From Azolla caroliniana (lineage: Eukaryota; Plantae; Polypodiophyta), in NCBI GenBank assembly GCA_043228905.1, contig JBHGNT010000001.1, positions 17,050,001 to 17,114,000 of the forward strand: a stretch of 64,000 nucleotides of DNA, given 5' to 3'. This document shows, piece by piece, positions 37,701 through 49,900 of this stretch (position 1 is its first letter; every line of letters begins with the position of its first letter). Below the pieces are notes generated by a model. That model saw only the letters and a list, made by a program, of their open reading frames with translations, was not told the DNA's origin and did not search any database. Made by a program: the position numbers and the translations under genes.

Positions 37701-38112
37701 TTATACTACACATGTTGCACCTAACTACAAAACCATATTCTTTGCGGAACGGGGAAATCGTACACATCCATACATGTTAGAGCCCATACCGTTATCTGCC
37801 ATTCGAACCATTGCTTCCATGCGACTTAGCTCACATGCATTGCGATGTGAAACAGGGCGTTGGGGTACAAGTGATGAGAGTGGTCGGCTATGCACACTTT
37901 GCCCTAAACAAGTTCGCGAGTCTGAGTATCACACTTTGATACAATGCTCTGCCTTTGATCATATTCGACCATGCTTTCCACATCTCTTCGATCGAGCCCA
38001 ATCTTTGCATGAATTCCTCTCACAACCACAATGTGCACTCTCGATTGCAACATTCATTGGTAAAGTTCTTGAACATCGAGAGTCACTACTCACTTTCACA
38101 CGTATCACGTGA
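34744..38112 (+). pseudogene. LINE ORF2 (AP endonuclease, RT, C-terminal CCHC) with two premature stops
   Basis: WNCNG, ETW, GDMNA, IDY, SDH; QAGFR, DFKKAFD, GVKQGCPLSP, YADD, KYLG; RLSSHALRCETGRW...CTLC...ESEYHTLIQC. Stops at 36628 and 37162. Confidence 0.92.
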
Positions 38113-40748
38113 AATGTAATATTTTTGGTCTCATAGGTCATATTTGATCTCCGAAGACGATAATATAATCTATCTATCTATCTATCTATAAATAAATTGT
38201 GAACTGGTCGGAAAAGTACTACTTCTTGCCATTAGACCGTAGGCATTTGATCTTATGCCATGTTTCCCTTTCGGCAAGGTTCTTTACCTTTAGGAACTAT
38301 GCGAAGACTTCGCTCTTCTTTGCGATTGTAAATTGCCCAGGTATGCCGAGTGAAGTCATCGATAAAGGTTACGAAGTAACGGCTTCCACCGAGACTCACG
38401 TTCTGTGCCAGTCCCCATACATCTGAATGGATTAAGTCGAGCGGATTTTGACTCCGATTACGCCCGTTTGGGAATGGAAGTCGGTGCTGCTTCCATAGTT
38501 GGTAGGCTTCGCAGACTTGGCCATTACGGCCCTGAAATTTCGGTAATTCGAAAACAGTGTTCTTCGTCTGCATTTCAAGAAGCCGTGGGAAGCGAACGTG
38601 GCCAAACTGCTTGTGCCATAGGTTGATATCCAATTCGACCTTCTGTCCTTTCGTAAACAGCGCGGTTCCGGCTTGGTTGGTGTCGAGGATGAACATCCTC
38701 CCTTCAGGGCGCCCGCGCGATAACTTGCCCATCCTCTTCAATGTAGCACCCAAGGTGCGTGAATCGAACTTGCATCCCCTGGTCGACGATCTAACCAATC
38801 GACACCAGGTTTTTGGTTATTGTTGGGACATGCAACACGTTCATAAGTTTCCCTTTTTGCCCGACGTGGCTGAGAGGAACTTCTCCGACATGTTCGATGG
38901 TATGCGGAGTGTCGTGTCCCATTTCAACCACTCCTTGTTTTTCCGGTTTCTCCAAGTACGAGAACCATTCCTCATTACTCATCATATGATTTGATGCTCT
39001 GGAATCGACATACCACACCTCGCTCGATTTCGAGGTGTTCACGGCCATCGAATTGGCCTTGTGCTTCATTATGAAGGTTGGGCCCGATCCATTTACGGCT
39101 TGTTCAGAGCCTTCGGCATAGTGCGATTTATGACGCCTTCCTGTGTCTCTTCTGCTCGATTTGGCTTTGTCCGAATCGGCTCTCTTCTTCCATAACTCAC
39201 TCTCCCTGTGGCCTTTCTTGCCACAGTACCAACATTCCGTTGTGGCCTTCTCTTGCCGGCTTCCGGCGCCGCTATGACTTCCCCTACTTCCGGAGGGTTC
39301 GGATTTGCTTCCGGCATTTCGATTATGCCGCAGGTTCTGCTCTTTTCGGCCGCCTCCATTGCGCGCCGATCTGCCACGACTATGGGGCCTATCTTCCTCT
39401 ATGTACATCTTGATGTCGGTGTGCGTACTTGTTGACGCACCTGCATGATTTTCTTCCACGAGCAACATCGACTGAAGCTCGAAGAACGAAGGTGTAATCT
39501 CCCTTGTGTAGATCGCCGTTCGGAACGCTCCGAACTTTGACGCTAACCCACCAAGACAAAACTGCACCATTTCGTCCTCCTCAACATTCACGTTGACGGA
39601 GGTGAGGGAATCATAGATCTCCTTGATTCGGGCCGTGTAATGGGCCACAGACAGATCTTTCTGTCGGACATTGTTGAGCTCCTGTCTGAGCTGCAGCTTC
39701 CTGGCCGTTGTGCTAGCGACAAAAACCCTCTTGAGATTCACCCTCGCGTCCTTTGGTGTCTTAGCATCCTGAATGTAGCTGAAGAGCTGGTCGCTCACAT
39801 AGGATGAGAAGCAGTAGAGAACTTTGCATGCCACTTGTTACCAAGCCGAAAAATCTTTGTGTTTCGATTTGGGTGCTGCATCATTAGCTCCTTCAACATA
39901 ACTCTAGTAACCATGACCAAGCAGATGCTGGTGCATCTTGTACGACCAAGATGCGTAGTTGCACCTGTCGAGCTTCCCATTCCTCTATCCATATTGCTGT
40001 CTTATCCTTTTTGACAGAAAACAATAACTGTCATGATATGGCAAGACTCGAACCCATGACCTTATGTTACATGGGCCGAGCTCTTGACCATTAGATTATA
40101 AGTTGTAATATAAAAGTTATTTAAGTTTTACTATAGAAAATAGATGTATATTCCAGATTTCTTTGGAACATTCTAGAAACTTCAGCAGTACTCCTGAGAA
40201 CACTATAAAAGGAGGCACAAGGCATTATTTCGAACCAAATCGGTTCAACACCAGTCTTAAGCCTCCTAGCTACTATTGTATATTCTCTTAACATAATATA
40301 TATCTTTTGTTATCATCATTCTCTCTCACTCTCTCTCACTCTCTCTCACACTCACTCTTTCCTTGTCTCGAGAGTTCTACACCTCCCTTAGTACTAGTCC
40401 TCATATTTTAGTACTAATTCCTTTTTTGTCTCAGTACTGTTCCTGACAATACTTCTCTATCTTAGTACTGCTCCTAACAGTTTGAACCAACTTTGGTCTC
40501 CTTCGTTCTCTTCATTTATCTTCTTACTTCTCCGTCCCTTTATACTAATATCTTATTCCTCTTTTCTCTCATACTATGACCACTGTTAACGCTCAAGAAT
40601 ATCAATCCATTTTTTCGGAGTTGCAATGCTTGAAAGAGAAGTTTCTTGCATTGGAACAAGAAAATCAACAACTATTGGGGGAGTTTCAACAAATCGCCTT
40701 AGAGAAGCAGCATACGCAACAACAACACGGGGAACTAACATTACGTGT

Positions 40749-41481
40749 TGTCGTGCCTTTCGGCTCCAGATCATTGCGTGAGTCGGGCGGGAAGCATAGA
40801 GGTTTTGGACTAGGAGAAAAGGAAAATCTAAGGCAATGAAGAATATGAAATATGTTGTAAGAAAGAAAGATATGAAAAACTCGTGAATCCCACGAGTATA
40901 ATGTATTAGAGAGTACTCAGATTAAGAGAGAGAAAAAAATAGTTAGCAAATTTGTGAATCCCACGATTATATTATATTAATCCACCTTTGTAAAATAAGC
41001 AACAACCCCCCATACATCTTTCTCTCCTCCTTATATAAGGATGGAAGAGGCTAAGCATAACTTCATGCTTTTTCTAAAGTGTTCATGCACACTAAATGTG
41101 CATGAGTTGCCTTTTTACACTATGCTTTTATTTCCTAAATATAGTGCTCATGCTCGCTAGATGTGCATGAGTCATTTTTTTATTGGTGTACATTTTTCTT
41201 ATAAATAAAGTATTCACGCATTCTAAAAAATGCATGACTTACCTTTTAATAAAGGTAGGCGTAAATAAAGGTCTTATGCGTATTAAATCTACATTTAAAA
41301 CACTTAGGATAAGTTAGTACAATGGTAAGGTTGGGGTTTGTCTACGTGGAGGTATAGGGTTTGAATTTTGCCTTATGCATGTAATAAATATTTTTAATAT
41401 TTTATTTTATTTATTATACGTACTTTAAATCGGATATAGTATTTTACATATTTCACGTAGTGTGTGATTCACATTATGACA
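40749..41481 (-). mobile_element. Solo LTR (733 bp), TGTCG lineage, in Tcn1 gag
   Basis: TGTCG...TGACA termini. 4-bp TSD GTGT/GCGT. Removing it restores gag ELTLRVQQLEE. Confidence 0.85.
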
Positions 41482-43068
41482 GCGTGCAACAACTCGAAGA
41501 AACCATAGTAACAATGCAAGAACAAGGACCCAGTACGCAATAAGTTTATAAAGAACCCAAGATCCTCCTTCCCATGAAATTTGATGGAACGCGATCGCAG
41601 TTTAGAGGATTCCTTAATCATGTACGATTAGTCATTCAAATGCATCCTTCTCGATATCCCACCGATGCATCACGAGTGGGTTTAGTAGGCATGTTGTTAA
41701 GTGGCTTAGCTTTGGTATGGTTCGCTCCGTTGTTAGAAAAGGAATCTCCTTTACTAAACAATTTTGAAGAGTTTTTAAGTGAGTTTAAAGCCTGTTTTGG
41801 AGATACTGACAACATAAGGACAACAATCAACAAAATCCGACGATTACGTCAAGGTGATTGTCCAGCCTCCGCATACGCTGCAGATGTCTGCCTACTCGCC
41901 TCCGATATCCCTTGGGATGACCATGCACTTATGGAGCAATTTCGTTATGGTCTACGTAACGATGTCAAGGATTTATTCTTGACCTTCCCCGAAGAACCAA
42001 AGTCATTGACAGAAGAAATCAGTCGCGCGGTGAGATGTGACAACCATCTTTTCGAATGACGTTCAGAACATAAGTTCTAGATGCCAAGGGCAAGATCAGA
42101 GCCCATCTACATGTCAGTGGTAGCAAAACCTTTTCCAAGGGAGTCATATAATATGTCTCCAGTGAATACTCCAACTCCGTTGGAAATTGACACTACACGT
42201 CATCACAGACCATTATCGGAAGAAGAAAAGCAGTGACGCCGAGGAAATCGACTATGTCTTTATTGTGGTGGACTAGGGCATATTGTAGTGAACTGTCCCC
42301 ATAGGCCAAGAAGACAAGTGAACCAAATAGTTTCTAGTTCTAATTGTACTAAACCCGAGACTATTTAAGTAGTAATATCTAATAGTCCTAATAGTACTAA
42401 TAGCCCAAATCTATCGAACAAATTTGATGTCCTTAGTTAGTTAGAAGAAGAGTTAAATGACTAAATCCAACCAAAATAGGAGTCGATTGGTTGGACAACC
42501 CTAGATCTGTGCAGCCCATTAGTGGTTCCATTCCCACTAAGCAAGTTAGCAACGTGTTCTTAGCCCAAGTAACCATTAGTACTAAAAGTACCCCTCTAGT
42601 ACATGTCTCAACACTCCAAGATTCCGGAGCTAATTCTTGCTTCATGGATAGGAATTTTGCCCAAGCTCATCAGATATCCCTAAGAAAACTCCCGTGTCCA
42701 GTCTCTGTAGTAGTCATTGATGATCATCCCATTGCTTCCGGAAATATCATAGAAGAGTCAGAGTGCGTTAATATTGTCCTAGATAATTTAGCTTGTGTAG
42801 TATCCTTTAATATAATTAGTATCCCAGAACATCCCATTGTTTTGGGATTACCATGGTTTGAATTACATAACCCAGAGATAGATTGGAGAAGAAGGGAAAT
42901 CCGGTATCGACAAACCTGAGGATCTACTCATAAGATTGCAACAATTTCGCTACATCAGTTGCATGGGGAAGGACGCAAGGAATAAATGTTCTCTTCGTAG
43001 TATCAGTAAAACCCTCTAACACCACTAAAGAGGAGTCCACCGTTCAACTTCCAGAGAAGTATTGTCAT

Positions 43069-45976
43069 TGTTGTAAGTTTTAGGGTTAGGGTTAAGGACG
43101 ACGACGATGATGAATGATAACTATGATGATTGGTAATGAAGATAGACATGGTGATGGAGAGTATGATGGTGAGAGAGATCATATAGAGAAGCATTGCGGG
43201 GTGGGGGGTGGTGCCTAGAATGGCTCCACCCCCCTCCCAAGGGGGTTCAACATGAGAGAGGGAGAGAGAAGAGAAAAGGTGTCAAAGAGAGAGAGATTAG
43301 AGAGAAATGTTCATTCATGTTTCATTCATTCCCCATAAGGGGTTAAATAGTACAAGAGGGGGTAGATACATAGGGGTGTAAGCCCCATTGAGCATTCATA
43401 CTGGACACTCACTCACACCTCCTCGTATCCATCCACATGCACACACGTGTGCATGTGTTCACATACGTATAGACTCACAATTACATTTATGCCTCCTACA
43501 CAGACACAACAACATCATGATAACATTCGCTCCTCGATCATCACACTTGACTCTCCGTACATCTCGTACGGGGTAACACAATATGGCACGCCCGTGGGAA
43601 AGTGCCTTGCACGTCGATCCCACATGCCTTGATGATGATATTTCTTTGACCGGAAATTCCATCGGTCCTTTCAACGATCGACTCCCTCGATCAGAGTGCT
43701 TGACTCGAACATCTTTGTCGGTCAACGAATCTTCCGCGACACGAACCTTCTCGTTCTGTCGGCTTACGAACTTTGGTAACATCATTCGGGTCGTAAAAAA
43801 GACGTTGTATGTATGTTTGTTCTTCTTTGTATCTTGTGAGTTGTGTGTGGATCACGTCCATTTCTTTTAGGTAGATGAGTTTTCGAAATTTCCTCGTTGC
43901 CCTTTGGTTATTAAAACTCTAATATATACCCTCGAACTTTTGAATTTGCAATGGGTACCCTCAAGGTTTTGAAATTTGTTGCCCTTGTCTTTGTCTTTTC
44001 CTTTCTCCTTTCTGTTTTGTCTTCCTCTCTTTCTTCATTTTTTCTCTTCTTCCTGTCTGTTGGTCCCTTTGTGTCTCCTTCTCTTCTCTTTCTTCATTTC
44101 TACTTCTCTGTCTCTCCCGGTTGCTTCTTTGTCTGTCCGTGGTTTTTGGTGTCTTTCTCTTCTTCCATGACATCTTTTTCTTCCTTCACTGTTCTTCTTC
44201 TTCCTTTCATTTCTCTTCTCTCTTCTTCTTATTTTCTGCATGTCTACCTCTTTCTTCTCTGTGTTGTCTTTGTTTTGGTTGTCATGGTTTGTCGTCTGTC
44301 CAGCTTGTTTGGCCACTCCGGCCACTGTTCGGCTATTACGGCCGCTTCGGCAGTTCCTCGGCCACTCTTTGGTCGCTCGTCCATCTCCATCTCCTGCCGT
44401 GGCCATCTCCAACCACTGATGCCGTCCTTGTCCAGCTGCCTCCGTTCGGCCACTACGACCGCTCTTAGGTCACTCTCCGGCCTCTCCTCCGTCTCTGTCG
44501 GTGTTCGGTTGTTGTCCTCCTCTTTCGACCGTGCGTTCGGTCCGTCGTCCCGGCCGTCTCGTCCACTGTTCGACAATCGGTGTGGCCGCGCCCTTTCGGC
44601 CTCACCGGCCTTTTCCATCATTGTCTCGGCCGCTGTCCAACTGCCTCTATTGCGGACTCCATCACCATCTCTATCGGTTCCCGTCCATTTGAGTCCGCCT
44701 CTATGTCTCCGGCTCCGTTGCTATCTCTGTATGGCCATAGTCTAGTGTTGCTGCTTTTTGGCCGCTCGTCCGTCGCCTTGTCCGGCGTGTTCGTCCGTTC
44801 CGGTCATCCTCTCGTCGTCTATCCGGTCATCAGTTGTCTGGTCCGGCCGCCTCCGTTTTGTCGTTGTTCGGCTGTGTCTTTTCGGCCGCCTTTGCAACCT
44901 TTTGATCATCCTTGCTATTTTGTCCGTCGCCTTGTCGCCGTCTATTCGGCCTGGTCATTGTTCGTCTGTGTCTTTTTTGTTGTCTCTCACACCACGCTTT
45001 CTGGCACATGCACTATGTCATTAACTGCACATTTGCACATTCTCGTTTCCATTCTTGCACACTCACGTAACATCCTCATTCCATAACTTCCTCTCAACAT
45101 TGTCATCGTTTTCGTACATCTTTGGCACCATTTCTTGGACATTTACACAAAACAGACCAAACAAAACATACACATATAGAGATTAATTCGCTATAGAATT
45201 ATGCGGCAGTTAATCTTCCATTTTGGACTTCTTTCGCACATTGTTGTCGCCTTTTGCACAACATCATCGATTCCATTTTTTTCTTTTTTTCTTTTTTTTT
45301 GCACATCTTCATTGCTTCTCCCACATCGTCGTTGCCATTTGGTGCATGTCATCATCATTTCTTGCTCATCTCTCCCATATCATCGTCACTATGCCTCGAA
45401 TCGCCGCGTATTATTGTTTGACTCCGTCTCCAAAGGGGGGTTGCCTTCGTGGTCGCCATAAGGTGTTGTACGTTTTAGGGTTAGGGTTAAGGACGACAAT
45501 GATGATGAATGATAACTATGATGATTGGTAATGAAGATAGACATGGTGATGGAGAGTATGATGGTGAGAGAGATCATATAGAGAAGCATTGTGGGGTGGG
45601 GGGGTGGTGCCTAGAATGGCTCCACCCCCCTCCCAAGGGGGTTCAACGTGAGAGAGGGAGAGAGAAGAGAAAAGGTGTCAAAGAGAGAGAGAGATTAGAG
45701 AGAAATGTTCATTCATGTTTCATTCATTCCCCATAAGGGGTTAAATAGTACAAGAGGGGGTAGATACATAGGGGTGTAAGCCCCATTGAGCATTCATACT
45801 GGACACTCACTCACACCTCCTCGTATCCATCCACATGCACACACGTGTGCATGTGTTCACATACGTATAGACTCACAATTACATTTATGCCTCCTACACA
45901 TACACAACAACATCATGATAACATTCGCTCCTCGATCATCACACTTGACTCTCCATACATCTCGTACGGGGTAACA
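43069..45976. mobile_element. Non-autonomous LTR retroelement (2908 bp) with a PBS at both LTRs
   Basis: LTRs 43069-43578 and 45464-45976 (about 98% identical by eye, TGTTG...TAACA). Perfect 5-bp TSD GTCAT. 1.9-kb CT-rich interior with no gag or pol. PBS-like sequences at 43584-43599 (+) and 45444-45458 (-). Confidence 0.92.
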
Positions 45977-46935
45977 GTCATTATGCCGATGTGTTCGATA
46001 AAGTACAACCGAATACGCTTCCTCACCATCGACCGTATGATTGCCCCATTGATTTACAACCGGGAAAAGAGCCACCATGGGGACCGATCTACAATTTGTC
46101 ACCAACCAAGCTAGAAGTCCTTCGAGCCTATATAGAAGAGAATTTGGCAAATGGTTTCATTCGACATTCAAAATCTCCAACCGGCACACCCATCTTCCTC
46201 GTCAAGAAAAAGGATGGATCACTTCGTCTCATTGTAGATTACCGTGGCTTGAATAAAGTCACCATCAAGAATAGGTACGCACTTCCCCTTATCTCGAGTC
46301 TCTTAGAACGGATCAATGGTGCAATGTTCTTCACAAATATGACTGCGTTTCGCACCAGATATGGGCACTTTGAGTATACGGTCATGCCATTCGGCATCAC
46401 TAATGTGCCAAAAGTCTTCCAACACATGGAAAATGATATATTCCGAGATCTCTTGGATGTTTGTTTGATCATGTATTTGGATGATCTATTGGTTTATTCG
46501 AAGACCCAACAAGAGCATGATTCTCACGTATTGTTAGTACTAAAACGACTTCGAGAACATGGTCTTTATGCAAAGTTGGAAAAATGTAGTTTCGAGTGCA
46601 ACCAGGTAGAATTTTTGGGCTACGTCATTTCCTCGGAAGGCATCTCCATGGATCCAACTAAGGTCAAAACGGTGGTAGAATGGAAGACTCCACGTTCGTT
46701 GCGAGATGTGCAATGCTTTTTAGGCTTTGCCAATTTCTGCCGCAAGTTTATATAGGATTACTCAAAGCTTGTTCTGCCTCTCACACAACTCACTAGGAAG
46801 GGACAATCCTTCATTTGGTCTAAAGAAGCAGACATGGCTTTTGAGGGTCTTAAGAAGGCATTTACATAATCTCCTATTTTGACTCATGTTGATCCGGAAA
46901 AACCATTCATCATCGAAGCAGACACGTCAGATTTT

Positions 46936-49900
46936 TGTTGGCATAAAAGGCCGACTCCTTCCAAATTGTATCCGTCCTAGTGTGAACTCGTTAATAAGTT
47001 AGGGCTTAGTATATAAGAGAATACCTAACATTGTAATGAGTGATGATGAGTGTAATTCTGAGAGAGAGAAAACGCTTTGTGCAGAAACAAGAAGCTTTCC
47101 ATTGAAGCTCGTATCTGTGTAAGTCTCAATCAGCCCTTTCTACTTTCTGTTTACATTGTTTGTTGTTCATAGCCAAAAGATCCGAACAAACACTTCCGCA
47201 TAAACACCGACATATTCCACAACTGATATCAGAGCCGAATCTTTGCTTTTCGGCGGCAACAGACAACAGAAGAAGCTGAAAGAAAATACTAGGTCAGAAA
47301 TCTCAAATCTACAGATAGAATATGGCTTCAACATTCGGAACAGAAGTTGAAATAAAAAAATTCGATGGCAAAAACTTTGCCCTGTGGAAGGAGATGATGG
47401 AGGATGTGTTGATCATTCGAAGACAGGTCGAAGCCATTTGGCACAGCGAAAAACCTGCTTCAATGACAACTGAGGAGTGGAGATCAACGGATGAAATCGC
47501 ACGCTCCACTATCCAAATGCATCTGGCTGAAAACGTTTATTTCAGCATGGCAAGAGAGACGACAACGTTCTCATTATGGGAGAAATTACAGGCCGTATAT
47601 TAGAAGAAGTCCTCATCCTCAAAACTGATATTGATCAAACAATTGTTCAACATGAAGATGAAAGAGACTGATTCGGCAACCTCCCACATCAACACCTTCA
47701 GCCGGGTGTTGTCAGAGCTCTCGTCACAAGGGATCAATGTCAAAGAAGAAGTGAAAGCCCTTGCCCTCCTATCGAGCTTGCCGGCGAGTTGGGAGTTATT
47801 CTATATGACTTACGCCAATAGCCGACCAATCCTAATTCTGGACGAAACAACCGGCCAAGTCCTCACAGAGGACATCAGGCCAAAATCGATGGGACTAACC
47901 ATTGATGAGTCGGTAGAAGCCCATCACTCGACCGACAGAGTCGAACAAAAGAACAAGCTGACATAACCGATCATCACTACAGCCGATCGAAAACAAGGGG
48001 TGACCGACAACGGTCGAAGTCAAGAACGGGCCGAACAAGTGAGTACTGCACACAGTGCAGGAAAGCTGGCCACAATGTTGCCGATTGCTGGTCAGTAAAA
48101 AGAAAAGAGAGTGGTCGGCGATTCGAGTGGAACCGGGGACGTTTCGACTCGGACCACTCTCTAGTTGGCAACCAGATCAATGTTGCCGACACCCGATCCG
48201 GAGAAATCCTCTCCCTAGAGGATTCGATGATTGGAGAAGTCCTCTATAGTGCACAAGTTGCACACACGTGTCTACTAGACTCTGGTGCCACATTTCACGT
48301 GACCCCCAACGTTGAATGGTTCTCGAACTATTCAACCGACGCCAATGGCACAGTCCGACTAGGAAACGGGTAGGAGTGCAAGATAGCCGAAACTGGGGAG
48401 GTTCCCATTAGATTGCCAAATGGCAACACAATAACCATGCACCGAGTTCAGCACGTACCCGATCTAAAGAGGAGTCTAGTCTCCATCGGCATGTTAGCCG
48501 AAGACGGGTATCGAACGACTCTACACGAGTCGACATGGGTGATTAGCCCAGGAAACCTCAAAATCAGTAGTGGGCATAAGTATAATAATCTATACCCATT
48601 GATGGAAATCAACCTTGAAGGGGCCGTGAACGTAGCCGAGAAAACCGACACGAACTTATGGCATGGCCGACTTGGCCACACATCTCAAGCCGGACTTGAT
48701 CGGTTGATGTCAGTTGGCTACATCCCGAAACTCCAGGCAAAGACGGACTTTTGTGAGCACTATCGATATGGGAAATAGACTCGAAGTCCGCACTCTCTTC
48801 ACTACGAGACGATACGACAACGCCTATAGCTTGTGCACACAGACATATGTGGGCCCATGCTAGAGTGATCACTAGGAGGCTCCCAGTACTTCATCACATT
48901 CGTAGATGATTGTACATGGAAAGTTTGGGCATACTCCATCAAGTCCAAAGATGAAGCGCTCGAGGTCTTCACTCGATGGATATTTGAAAAGGAGAACCGT
49001 TCGGGACACAGAGTGAAGACACTCCGATCCGACAACGGAGGTGAGTACACCTCCAGAGCCTTCAAGCAGTACCTGCCCGAAAAAGGGATCCGGCATCAAA
49101 AGACCGTTCCTTACACACCCATGCAGAATGGGGTGGTTGAATGGATCAACCGAATGATCCAGGAGAGGGTGATTGCAATGCTCCAGCAAGCCGGATTGAA
49201 GCTGGAATTTTGGGCCGAGGCATTGCAGATGGCAGTGTACCTGATAAATCTGGTGTCGTCAAGAGCAATTAGGCTCAAAGTGCCACAGGCACTATGGTCA
49301 GGAAAACAACCGACCTACGATAGGCTCCGGATATTCGGATGCGAAGCCTACACATTCATCCCCAGGGGCAAAAGGACGAAGTTGGCACCCCATGCAACAA
49401 AGTGCATATTTCTCGGTTATGGAACCGATGGGAACTTCGACTATTGGCTATGGGACCCTAAGAACCGAAAATTGATCCGGAGCAGCGACGTAGTCTTCAA
49501 TGAAGACTCTATCTTTTCTCAGCGGAACCAACAGAAAATAGTTGGTAAGAAGGTATGCTTCAAAGATGACAACATTGTCATAGAAGGACTGACCCAACGG
49601 GTCGAATCGGAGACTTTACAAATAGTCGAACTCCAACAAGCTGCCAACTTCCCTGCTGACACCGAATCAACAACAAGTCTTATTGTCAAACCTAAAGAAA
49701 AAGTCTTCAAAGACACAACCGAATCGACAAGAGTCGACAAAGGCAAAGTTACTAAGAGACAAGTTAGAATTGAGTCGACAACAACCATAGGGGAGAACAA
49801 CCAGACACCGCCGAAATCCCAAACTGAGGGCGGGACACCTAACAAGAATCCTGAGACAATTGGTTCAACAAATACCGATCGTCAATCCGAACCGATCGAA

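Larger units (their letters stand above)
33604..38189 (+). mobile_element. Full-length LINE, RTEX-like, about 4.6 kb
   Basis: 5' UTR, ORF1, ORF2 (APE-RT-CCHC) and an (ATCT)n tail at 38168-38189. TCTAT appears at both junctions. The Copia integrase frame rejoins across it. Confidence 0.92.
30843..40028 (-). mobile_element. Ty1/Copia element (Ale-like), degraded, interrupted by a LINE and cut at its 5' end by the Tcn1 element
   Basis: 3' LTR 30843-31303 (TG...CA, contains (GA)n) with [25 protein letters not shown] and YVDD, IN HSDVWG and NGVAERKN, PR WYVDS, gag CWYCGKKGH. Confidence 0.9.

Noticed and set aside
41307-41378. Functional tRNA gene
   Set aside because: The anticodon arm does not pair and the B box is degenerate. 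Reported only as a tRNA-like module.
43951-44745. 264-aa hydrophobic, membrane-protein-like ORF (possible env)
   Set aside because: The F/S/L bias follows from CT-rich low-complexity DNA, several frames on both strands are open, and no domain is recognisable.
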